Part shown: one piece after another, positions 17,262 through 25,873 of the stretch
Numbering within the stretch: position 1 is the stretch's first letter
Layout of the letters: every line of letters begins with the position of its first letter
From: Candidatus Hadarchaeota archaeon
GTDB taxonomy: Archaea > CAYQAE01 > CAYVLA01
Reading direction: 5' to 3'
Assembly: GCA_964452145.1 (NCBI GenBank)
Contig: CAYVLA010000040.1
Location: 1 to 27,207, forward strand
Length of the DNA stretch: 27,207 nucleotides
Made by a program: the position numbers and the translations under genes
The notes under the pieces: generated by a model
Told to the model about the DNA's origin: nothing
Databases searched by the model: none
What the model saw: the letters and a program-made list of their open reading frames with translations, nothing else

Positions 17262-18515
17262 ATGGGGTGCCGAGTCAAGGCTCACAGGGCTGACAAGCCC
17301 AGAGTCTACATCATCGACGTGACCAACAGGGATGGGGTTCAAGCCCATGGCATCTACATATCCAACCTGGAACGGACGATGATAAACCGTTACCTCAACG
17401 AGATGGGCATCTGCCAGAGCGAGTTCGGCTTCCCCGTGACCCCCCACGAGGCCGGGTACATACAGGCCAATCTGAAGCTGGCCAAGGCAGGGTATCTCTC
17501 CCCGATAGTCTTGGAGGGTTGGGTCAGGGCTGTTGTTGAGGACGTGGACAAGGCCGCCCAATTTGAGGACCTTAGACACCTCAACCTCTCCATCTCCACA
17601 TCCCAGATAATGATCGCCGGCAAGTTCCAGGGAAGGATGAGTGAGAAGGACATCATCAGCGAAATGGTTGAGGCTGTGTCGCGGGCCAAACAGGTAGGCT
17701 TCGAAACGGTCGGCGTGAACGCCGAGGACGCCTCGAGGACCAGACACTATCAGGATCAAAGCTATCTGGAGGACTTCTCGTTGGCAGCCCGGGATGCGGG
17801 AGCCGACAGGATCAGGTACTGCGACACGCTTGGCTATGACCGATCATCCTCGATCTACAATCGTGTGAGGCAGCTGGCCGAGAAGGTGGAGATCCCAATA
17901 GAGATTCACTGTCACAATGATACAGGCTTTGCCGTGGCCAACTCAGTCGAGGGGGCTATCGGGGCCCTGGATGCGGGTGTGGATGCCTACATCAACACGA
18001 CGATCAACGGCTACGGGGAGAGGGCGGGCAATGCCGATCTGGTCAGCGTGTTGCTGGCCCTGAAGTTCTCGAGCGGACTGGAGGGGCAGGACGTCCTAGA
18101 TCCACAGATCGATCTAACCAAGTCCTGGAAGATATGCAGGTACGTATCGGATGCCGCCGGCATTCCGATCCCGCCCAATCAGCCCGGGGTGGGCTCCAGC
18201 GCGTTCTCCCACGAGTCCGGCATCCACGCCGATGGCATGCTCAAGGACCGTAGGAGCTATGAACTCTTCGGACCTGAGGAGCTTGGCATCCCGTCCACTG
18301 AGGAGAGGCCGGTCGGCAGGAGGATCGGGGTGGGCGACTACAGCGGGAAGAAGGGCCTGATACACGTTCTCGACAGGTACGGCATACAAGTGAGGGACAT
18401 AGACGAGATCTTGGATCTGGTCCAGAGGGCCACTCACCTGAAGAAGAAGACGCTGTATGAGGACGAGCTCAGGATGATCGCTCAGTATCCGGATGAAGTG
18501 AAGTTGATGCTTTAG
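17262..18515 (+). CDS. DRE-TIM acetyl-CoA condensing enzyme (homocitrate/Re-citrate synthase-like)
   Basis: YIIDVTNRDGVQ, VNAEDASRT, RYCDTLG, IHCHNDTG.AVANS, NGYGERAGNA, AFSHESGIHADG; no C-terminal regulatory domain. ATG 17262 lies about 28 nt after CTTAAG; the track start is 17238. Confidence 0.85.
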   Translation: MGCRVKAHRADKPRVYIIDVTNRDGVQAHGIYISNLERTMINRYLNEMGICQSEFGFPVTPHEAGYIQANLKLAKAGYLSPIVLEGWVRAVVEDVDKAAQFEDLRHLNLSISTSQIMIAGKFQGRMSEKDIISEMVEAVSRAKQVGFETVGVNAEDASRTRHYQDQSYLEDFSLAARDAGADRIRYCDTLGYDRSSSIYNRVRQLAEKVEIPIEIHCHNDTGFAVANSVEGAIGALDAGVDAYINTTINGYGERAGNADLVSVLLALKFSSGLEGQDVLDPQIDLTKSWKICRYVSDAAGIPIPPNQPGVGSSAFSHESGIHADGMLKDRRSYELFGPEELGIPSTEERPVGRRIGVGDYSGKKGLIHVLDRYGIQVRDIDEILDLVQRATHLKKKTLYEDELRMIAQYPDEVKLML

Positions 18516-18603
18516 AGTTACCCGCTTTGTCATTTCACAGAGGGTCGGTTGGCCAAATTCATGACAGGTCCTCAATACCCGAAGGCTGCCTCGCGTTCGC
18601 CCG

Positions 18604-19845
18604 TTATCGGGATTCAAGCTTGGTGGATTCCACGACCCGGTACAATCGTCTTCTGACCATCAGCGTCCACAGTGCGAAGCCAGCTCCCAGGAAGGTGCCG
18701 CTCACCGTGAGCCATTCGATCACGTAGATCCACAGGAGCGCCTTGTCCTTGATCTTCAGCGCCTGCCCGCGAAGAAGGTCCATCTCACCAAGCAACAGCT
18801 CCATCGTTGTCCAGGCGGACTGGTAATCCTGTTGAAGGTAGAGGCTTCGTGATTCCTTCCATCCTGCATCCATTTCAGCTATGTCCTGCTCCACCGACCG
18901 CGTGCTAGCACCGAACTTCGCCACGAACTCCATGATGGAGAAGATGAAGCCCTTCAGATCTGCGTACTCATAGAAGCTCTTCCTGAGGTTATGCACCATG
19001 ACAACGTCATCGGGAAGGGTCCTGCCCGTGCTGTACATCAACATGCCCCAGTAGGCGTCCATGCCGTAGGGATTGACGCCCTCGCTCCAGAAGCCGCTTC
19101 CGCTGTAATCCATCAGGGACCAGCTGTACCCCTTGCCGTATCTCCAACCAAGAGTATGAGGAAACCACCCGGGTCGCGGATAAGCCATGTCCATGTATAC
19201 CGAGCTCTTGACCCAGGAGTATACATCAGCACCCTGCCTAGGGATCATCATCGTGTTTCCGGCGTGCCCCATGTTGTAGGTCAGTAGGTCCTTATAGGGA
19301 CTCAGTATCGGAGGCAGCTTGGCGTCATCGTTGAGCACCACCTCCATCGGTCCCTGCCGCGCATAGTTGATCTGAACAACGTCTTGGGCATTGTTCGGGA
19401 AGGCTTCCGAGGTCGATGACTGGGCCCATGGAACGGAGTAGGAGGTGAGGCTGCTCATTACGCTTCTGTCCTGAAGCGCCCCCAAGCCCGCCTCCTCGAT
19501 CGCCTGCTTCATCCAGTCGAACTGGACGTTGGTGAAGAACGTGCTGTCGATGCCCCTCAGAAGCAGGAACTCGAACTTGGAGATCAGGTCATCATAGCTC
19601 CTCGGAAAGTAGAGCCTCATATACCTGCGTATGATCTCGGTCGTCAGATCGGTGCCCCCGATTCGAGTGGGTATGACTATGGCATCCGTCAGGGGCTCCT
19701 TCTTCAGCAGCTGGGCCATGTACGGCATGGAGCCTCCGTGGCCACTGCACAGAACCTCCAAAGGATCGCTTCTACCGCATGCGGGGAGTGATGAAGTGGC
19801 GAACGCGAACAGGACCAGAAAAGCAGCTATCCTCAGTCTTCGCAT
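18604..19845 (-). CDS. Predicted secreted, C-terminally anchored protein, paralog family member 1 (divergent GATase1-like domain)
   Basis: Signal peptide MRRLRIAAFLVLFAFATSSLPACG; family motifs RLYFPRSY, WRYGKG, LPDDVVMVH, FVAKFGAST, KDKALLWIYVIEWL, LWTLMVRRRLYRVV. Confidence 0.82.
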   Translation of the reverse strand: MRRLRIAAFLVLFAFATSSLPACGRSDPLEVLCSGHGGSMPYMAQLLKKEPLTDAIVIPTRIGGTDLTTEIIRRYMRLYFPRSYDDLISKFEFLLLRGIDSTFFTNVQFDWMKQAIEEAGLGALQDRSVMSSLTSYSVPWAQSSTSEAFPNNAQDVVQINYARQGPMEVVLNDDAKLPPILSPYKDLLTYNMGHAGNTMMIPRQGADVYSWVKSSVYMDMAYPRPGWFPHTLGWRYGKGYSWSLMDYSGSGFWSEGVNPYGMDAYWGMLMYSTGRTLPDDVVMVHNLRKSFYEYADLKGFIFSIMEFVAKFGASTRSVEQDIAEMDAGWKESRSLYLQQDYQSAWTTMELLLGEMDLLRGQALKIKDKALLWIYVIEWLTVSGTFLGAGFALWTLMVRRRLYRVVESTKLESR

Positions 19846-20130
19846 GTGGGACTCTGGTGATAGGCGTTGTTGGGCTGATAATGATTGCGTCTGGTTTGAA
19901 GTCTGAAGACCTTGTTCCCAAATCCTCGCATTCATCTCGACCGATTCGGTCCTCTGGACGGTGTCGCGTATACGGGAGAAGCCCCTCATCCCCGAATCCC
20001 AGACAAACGAAACCGAATCCCCTAAACCAGATCCCACAGAGCGTTCTTACAGATTAGCGAGAACCGCGTTCCAATGCTGGGGCTCCTGTGCAATAGTTAA
20101 TATTGAGCTCGTGGAGTAGGGTCCACAGAC

Positions 20131-20970
20131 ATGGCGCATACCGAGGCCCAGGTCGGTCAGCGTCAGGAAGGACCGATACCACACTTCGACATACCGTACG
20201 ACATCATCCCGGGCTTCGATCCCAGGTTCACCAGCCTCGATATCTATTCCCTTCAGGTACCGGGTCCACATCCGATCGTCATCTACGTCCACGGTGGCGC
20301 ATGGCGAGAGGGTGACAAGTCCCGGGTCCATCTGAAGCCTCAGGCCTTCGCGGCCGCCGGCTATCTCTTCGCATCAACCAACCATCGTCTGCACCCCCAA
20401 GCCAGGTTCCCGGCTCACGTGCGTGATCTAGCCAAGGCGATAGGATATGTCCGTGCACATGCAGATCGCTACGGGGGTGACCCGTCCAGGATACACCTCA
20501 TCGGGTCCTCCTCTGGGGCTCACCTGGTATCCCTTGTTGCTACGGACGATTCCTACCTCGGGGCTGAGGGGATTGGCCCGGAGGCGATATCGGGCGTGGT
20601 CAGCCTCGACACTCGGGCCTACGACATCCCTGCCTTGATGGATAGCGTACCAAGGAGGGGCCTACGCCTCTACATGGAGATCTTCGGAGATGACCGTGCG
20701 TCTTGGGAGGTGGCCTCGCCGACCAGGTACGTGGCCCGAGGCAAAGGCATACCGCCGTTTCTGCTGGCATATACCGGCGGGGACCCAAGCAGAGAGGAAC
20801 AGACGATTCGATTCGCAGATAGGCTGCGGGGTGCAGGGGTAGAGGTGAGTGTACTCGCTGCGACAAACAAGACCCATACCGGACTCAACCAGGACACCGG
20901 CAGGGAAGGGGACCCTGTATCTCGGGCGGTCTTCGAGTTCATCGGCCGATCCGCATCAACCCGGGGATGA
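20131..20970 (+). CDS. Alpha/beta hydrolase (HGG-type esterase, BD-FAE/HSL-like)
   Basis: YVHGGAW, nucleophile elbow GSSSGAHL, ASP..YV, PPFLL, C-terminal His in KTHTGLN. TATA-like TTAATA at 20097-20102. Confidence 0.87.
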   Translation: MAHTEAQVGQRQEGPIPHFDIPYDIIPGFDPRFTSLDIYSLQVPGPHPIVIYVHGGAWREGDKSRVHLKPQAFAAAGYLFASTNHRLHPQARFPAHVRDLAKAIGYVRAHADRYGGDPSRIHLIGSSSGAHLVSLVATDDSYLGAEGIGPEAISGVVSLDTRAYDIPALMDSVPRRGLRLYMEIFGDDRASWEVASPTRYVARGKGIPPFLLAYTGGDPSREEQTIRFADRLRGAGVEVSVLAATNKTHTGLNQDTGREGDPVSRAVFEFIGRSASTRG

Positions 20971-21207
20971 TGTCCAGCGATGTTCGCTGCATCGAGCTGT
21001 CTGCAACCACGGGTAGGTCGACAGGGGCTGCCAGCCATTCAGATGGGGTGCTCACTGCCGGAAATCGATTCCCAACAGGGAAACCGGTCAAGGAATTCCG
21101 CTGGTGTCTGAACCCGAGACGCCAGTTGTGCAAAGGCACCAAGATGGGATGCAGCCGATCACGCATACGGCACCTTTAACTCCTGATCGGCATCTCCCAT
21201 ACCAGGC

Positions 21208-22419
21208 ATGTTGGCCAAGCTCTCTCAGCCCGGACTATGGATCCTTGTCGCGATCACACTATGTTCTGCTTGGTCCCTGGGTGGAGGAAGGATCGGGGTC
21301 TTGTACACCGGTGAGCCCTACCCCGGGGTCACGCCCTACGTCTTCATGAGGTCGGAGCCACACCTCCAGGTCACGCCTGTGATTGCGTCCAAGGACTACA
21401 TGGAGTTCGTCTTCTCCGAAGAGCAGATCAGGAGATCGGTCCGGCTATACATGCCGCGCACTCTGAATGCCTTGCTCGAAAACTATGACGTCATCATCAT
21501 CAGCGACTCCAACGTTGCCAGCTTCACGACGAACCACCTGCTGTGGTTCAAGGCCTCGGTGGAGGAGGGCCTTGGTCTGGTCATGGTGGGTGGCCACGAA
21601 ACCTTCGGTGCCATTGCATCCCATCCCGACTGGGGCCAGACCCCGGTCGGCGAGGTCTTGCCCGTGGAGACGCTCCACGGACACATCGGGACGGGCAAGG
21701 TGACAATAGAGAGCTGGGAGAATCCTTTCATTCAAAGCCTGCCGTGGCGACAGGACCTTCCATTCCTGAGCTGGTACACCTGTAACATCGTGAAGCCAAA
21801 GGCTGGCTCGGAGACGCTGGCGATCGATTCCATCCTGTCAGGCGACGACCAAGGCTGGGACAACCCTTTCTTCTGCACATGGGACCTGGGAAGGGGTCGA
21901 ACCTTCGCCTTCACGGGTGACTGGCAGTATGGTTGGGGAGTCGAGTTCATAAGATGGAACTATGCGCCAGACTTCGTGATCAACCTGATGCTGTATCTGT
22001 CGAAGAAGCCTCTCCCCGAGGACCTGACTCTCGTCCACACCGTCAGGGCACTCATGGCGACGCTGGAATACAGAAGATCCCTCCTCGATGCTCTCATCGC
22101 CTTCGTGGAGCGGTTCGGGGCCAGCTCGTCAGGGATCGAGCAGGCCACAAGGCTTGCGGACCAGGGACGCAGGCACGTCTCGGAGCATTACCTGCGTGGA
22201 GAGTACGATGAGGCCCTGCAGGCTGTACGAGAAGCCCTTGACTTGATCAACGCGGCTGAGAACGTGGCAGAAAGAGCCAAAGACAGAGCCCTACTCTGGA
22301 TCCATCTCTCCGAGTGGCTGGTCATAACGTCGGCTTCCCTGATCTGTGGTCTTGCAGTGTGGACGTTGATGATCAGGCGCAGGCTTTACCGGGAGGTCGG
22401 AGTGACCCGGTTCAAGTAG
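21208..22419 (+). CDS. Predicted secreted, C-terminally anchored protein, paralog family member 2 (GATase1-like/DUF1355-like domain)
   Basis: Hydrophobic N-terminus; YDVIIISD, GLGLVMVGGHETF, WGQTPVGEVLPV, WDLGRGRT, FVERFGA, KDRALLWIHLSEWL, WTLMIRRRLYREV. TTTAA at 21175-21179. Confidence 0.85.
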   Translation: MLAKLSQPGLWILVAITLCSAWSLGGGRIGVLYTGEPYPGVTPYVFMRSEPHLQVTPVIASKDYMEFVFSEEQIRRSVRLYMPRTLNALLENYDVIIISDSNVASFTTNHLLWFKASVEEGLGLVMVGGHETFGAIASHPDWGQTPVGEVLPVETLHGHIGTGKVTIESWENPFIQSLPWRQDLPFLSWYTCNIVKPKAGSETLAIDSILSGDDQGWDNPFFCTWDLGRGRTFAFTGDWQYGWGVEFIRWNYAPDFVINLMLYLSKKPLPEDLTLVHTVRALMATLEYRRSLLDALIAFVERFGASSSGIEQATRLADQGRRHVSEHYLRGEYDEALQAVREALDLINAAENVAERAKDRALLWIHLSEWLVITSASLICGLAVWTLMIRRRLYREVGVTRFK

Positions 22420-22609
22420 CGCCCGGAAGCAATGATCATCGTCGCCTTCGCGTTGGCATCGAAGTCGAGTCCACATGCCATGGGAACCATCTCAGAGTCG
22501 GGCTTCAAGCGATCCGTCGCCGGAGAGGGTGATGGGTACATCCCGATCATCCGATCCGTTCTCCAAACAAGTTAAAAGATCCCTGCGGAATTATGGGCCG
22601 GGTTTCAGT

Positions 22610-24511
22610 ATGGCCGAGATCTGGGGTTTTACAGGCAAGATGCTGAGGGTCAACCTCTCCGAAGAATCCATCTCCGAAGAAGCAACGGATGTCTCAGCTG
22701 CAAAGAGCTTCCTCGGCGGGAAGGGCTACGCCGCCAACCTCCTTTTCGGAGAGCTGATGCCGGCAACGGATCCCTTGGGAGAAGGCAACAAGATCGTATT
22801 CATGACTGGGCCCCTCACCGGAACCAGGGCCCCCACCGGGAACAGATTCTGCGTCTGCACCAGGTCTCCGCTCACCGGAGCCTGGCTGGACTCCCACTGC
22901 GGAGGCTCCTGGGGACCGGAGTTGAAATGGGCAGGCTATGATGGCATCGTCATCGAGGGTCGATCCCAGAAACCGGTGTATCTCCACATCCACAACGATC
23001 AGGCAGACCTGAGAGATGCCTCGTGGTTATGGGGAGCGGATACCTTCAGCACCGAAAGACTCCTGAAGGACAAACACTCCAGGGATGGGCCCGCCAGGGT
23101 GGCCGAGATCGGCCCCGCGGGTGAACGAGAGGCATTGTTGGCAAGTGTCATATCCGAGGTCCGGGCGGCCGGGCGCGGCGGGGCAGGTGCCGTCATGGGA
23201 TCCAAGAAGCTCAAGGCCGTGGTCGTCCGCGGGGATACACGGAAGCCGGAGGATCTAGTCAAGGATCAGGAGGCGTTCAGGTCATCGACCAGGGAGGCCT
23301 ACAGAAAGATTGCCGAGGACTTCAGAACCAGCAGGCGTAAGAACGGCGGGCTGGTCATCAAGGGGACGAGCAACATCGTGGACGGCATAAACGAGGCGGG
23401 CGGCTGGCCGACCAGAAACTTCCAGACGGGATCCTTCGAGCGAGTGCTGGACGTCGATGGGGATGCTCTGGCCGACGAGCTCTATGTTCCCCGGCGGAGC
23501 CCAGGAACACGGGGCTGCTGGAACTGCCCGATCAACTGCGCCCATGTGTCGATCATAGAGAAAGGGAAGTGGGTCGGAACGGTCACTGAGGGGCCCGAGT
23601 ACGAAACCGTCTGGGCGTTCGGACCGCAGTGCGGCGTGGCAGACAGGGAGGCCATAGCAAGGGCGGACTATCTGTGCGACTACTACGGTATGGACACCAT
23701 GTCCATCGGGAATACCATAGGGTTCCTCATGGAGTGCTGCCAGAGGGGGCTGATATCGGCCGAGGAGACCGACGGCGTGCCGCTGGAGTTCGGCAGTGCC
23801 GAGGCTATGGTGGAGGCCGTGGACAGAGCTGGCACTCTGAGGGGAACGCTTGGCGGACTGGTCGGGAACGGCGTCAGAAGAGCTTCAGAAAGGATAGGGA
23901 AGGGATCGCAGAGCTTCGCCATGCACGCCAAGGGGCTGGAATTCCCGGCCTACATGCCCCGGGCCGCGCAGGGAGTCGGCCTTTCCTATGCCCGGTCCGA
24001 TCGCGGTGCGTGCCATCTGAGGCCTTGGACGCCCGGCAAAGAGATGCTCGGGTGGGATGCCATGGATCCCAGGACAACGAAGGGCAAAGCGGCTGAAGTC
24101 AAAGACGGAACCGAGAACGTTGCCGTGGCGTGGGACTCGACCGGGCTGTGCCTTCTGGCATCCTTCGGCTATGGCACCGAAACGGTCATGAAGATGGTCT
24201 CAGCAGCGACCGGGTTCACCTACAAGGATAAGAACGAGTTCGTCCTCATGGGGGAGAGAATCAACAATCTGACCCGGGCCTTCAACGTTAGGGAAGGCTT
24301 CACTAGGAAGGACGACGCCCTTCCGGACAGGTGTCTGAAGGAGCCCCACACGTCAGGTCCGTGCAAGGGTCTTGTGGTTCGCCTCGACGAGATGCTGGAT
24401 GAGTACTACTCATTGAGCGGATGGAGTCCTGATGGCATCCCCACACGGGAGAAACTTGAGAGTCTGGGCCTCCGCTTCGCGGCCGACGCCATTCACGGAG
24501 CTAGGAAGTGA
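22610..24511 (+). CDS. Aldehyde:ferredoxin oxidoreductase family protein (tungstopterin)
   Basis: GFTGKMLRVNLS, LGGKG, SPLTG, AGRGGAGAVMGSKKLKAV, CWNCPINC, GPEYET, DYYGMD, RGACH, DEYY..SGW...GIP. Start at ATG 22610 after TTAAAA (22572-22577). Confidence 0.93.
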   Translation: MAEIWGFTGKMLRVNLSEESISEEATDVSAAKSFLGGKGYAANLLFGELMPATDPLGEGNKIVFMTGPLTGTRAPTGNRFCVCTRSPLTGAWLDSHCGGSWGPELKWAGYDGIVIEGRSQKPVYLHIHNDQADLRDASWLWGADTFSTERLLKDKHSRDGPARVAEIGPAGEREALLASVISEVRAAGRGGAGAVMGSKKLKAVVVRGDTRKPEDLVKDQEAFRSSTREAYRKIAEDFRTSRRKNGGLVIKGTSNIVDGINEAGGWPTRNFQTGSFERVLDVDGDALADELYVPRRSPGTRGCWNCPINCAHVSIIEKGKWVGTVTEGPEYETVWAFGPQCGVADREAIARADYLCDYYGMDTMSIGNTIGFLMECCQRGLISAEETDGVPLEFGSAEAMVEAVDRAGTLRGTLGGLVGNGVRRASERIGKGSQSFAMHAKGLEFPAYMPRAAQGVGLSYARSDRGACHLRPWTPGKEMLGWDAMDPRTTKGKAAEVKDGTENVAVAWDSTGLCLLASFGYGTETVMKMVSAATGFTYKDKNEFVLMGERINNLTRAFNVREGFTRKDDALPDRCLKEPHTSGPCKGLVVRLDEMLDEYYSLSGWSPDGIPTREKLESLGLRFAADAIHGARK

Positions 24512-24515
24512 CAAG

Positions 24516-24791
24516 ATGAGGTTGACAGTCAGGGCATTCGGCGACCTGCGGAAGATGATTGGCCATGAGTTTGAGGTTGAGCTGGATCGTGGGGCGAGAG
24601 TCGGCGACCTGCTTAGGTCGGTCGGCGCGAAGGCAGGATCCCCGGACAAGCTTGTTAGCAAGGAGGGCAAGATCGCCGAGCACCTATCGGTGCTGGTTAA
24701 CGGGCTGAGCATCAACGTTGGAGAGGGCGTGGAGGAAGAGCTTCGAGACGGCGATGTGATCAGCCTGCTTCCTCCCGCGGGAGGCGGCTAG
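24516..24791 (+). CDS. MoaD/ThiS/SAMP-family ubiquitin-like sulfur carrier
   Basis: 91 aa beta-grasp pattern, VLVNG, LRDGDVISLLPPAGGG with C-terminal diglycine; starts 4 nt after the AOR stop. Confidence 0.9.
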   Translation: MRLTVRAFGDLRKMIGHEFEVELDRGARVGDLLRSVGAKAGSPDKLVSKEGKIAEHLSVLVNGLSINVGEGVEEELRDGDVISLLPPAGGG

Positions 24792-24850
24792 CGGAGCTCC
24801 CGGATGTCCCCCGAGCAACAGCGCCTCTCATTGCCAGAGGGATACTGTAA

Positions 24851-25684
24851 ATGCCGTCCCCATGCCGGTCCACCGGGGTATCGGCTCCGCCCATCGAGGA
24901 TCGACATCCGCTGAAGCGTCGGAAGAGGAGGAGGCGAGCCGCGGGGGGCCCGCTATTCCGATTTGTCCAGGTAGCCGACACACACATAATGCAGCCGGAG
25001 AGTGCAGCGATACTGGGGCTCGCCCTGGAAAGGATCGACTCCATCAACGAAGCCGTCTTCGTGGTTTTTTCCGGGGACATGGTCGAGACCGGGGAACCGG
25101 AGCAGTATCGAATCTTCCTCCAGACTGTATCGGGGCTCAGCCTGCCCTGCTACGCCGTCGTAGGCAACCATGACATCGGCAACATGTCTAGCCGGAGAAG
25201 GTACTCCAGATTCTTCGGGCCGCCAAGCTATCGCTTTGACGTCGAGGGAGTGGCGTGCCTCGTCCTGGATACCAACAACTCTGATCGGGAACCCGGCAAC
25301 TGGCATGGAAGGGTCGAGCGACCGGCGATGGGATGGCTGGCAAGGACCCTGAACCGCCTTGATGGTGACGCGCCGATCATCCTGTTCACCCACCACGGAC
25401 TCGTAGGAAGCAGAGATGATCTTGAATGCGATGTTGGTAACGCGGATGAGGTCCTTGCCCGCCTCTGCAGACGCCGCATCCTCGCAGGCTTCGCGGGCCA
25501 CGCCCACAGGCTCCGCGTGGTGAGGCATTCTGGAGCCGACTATTTCATCTGCCCCGCTCTGAGCACGAGAAGAGCCAACAAGGGAGGGGAGCCACCAGGC
25601 ATGCTCGTTGTGGACGTGTACGAGAACGGAGTGGAGGCATCGTTGCTCATCGTACCGGGCTCTCCGACTGGAAAGGGAATCTGA
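24851..25684 (+). CDS. Calcineurin-like metallophosphoesterase (CpdA/Icc-like)
   Basis: DTH, SGD, GNHD, THH and GHAH motifs. The start is uncertain because the core begins near 24955. Confidence 0.85.
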   Translation: MPSPCRSTGVSAPPIEDRHPLKRRKRRRRAAGGPLFRFVQVADTHIMQPESAAILGLALERIDSINEAVFVVFSGDMVETGEPEQYRIFLQTVSGLSLPCYAVVGNHDIGNMSSRRRYSRFFGPPSYRFDVEGVACLVLDTNNSDREPGNWHGRVERPAMGWLARTLNRLDGDAPIILFTHHGLVGSRDDLECDVGNADEVLARLCRRRILAGFAGHAHRLRVVRHSGADYFICPALSTRRANKGGEPPGMLVVDVYENGVEASLLIVPGSPTGKGI

Positions 25685-25873
25685 CGCGCTTGCCAAAGCA
25701 GGACCCGGGCAGACTGGAGATGGGTACTAGGCGATCACCCTATTCGGATCACGTACCGACGAGAACGCCAGCAGGCCTACCCAGCGCAGAGTGGAACATG
25801 TGTGGGTTAACCCAAACAGATCAACCGTGGACCGTGGAGCAATCTTTATCTCCCGCCGGGCGGGATCGGAGGC

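Noticed and set aside
19774..19845. Lipoprotein signal (LPAC) in family member 1
   Set aside because: Pro deviates from the lipobox consensus, and the other members lack an equivalent Cys motif.
19992..20021. CCGAATCCC direct repeat in the divergent intergenic region
   Set aside because: Only two 9-nt copies; could be an operator but is within chance expectation and is not CRISPR-like.
22475..22609. N-terminal extensions in the ORF track (AOR from 22475; also 5101, 14509, 20037, 24432)
   Set aside because: Family homology begins at downstream starts, and the extensions overlap TATA-like boxes or neighbouring genes or lack any family motif.
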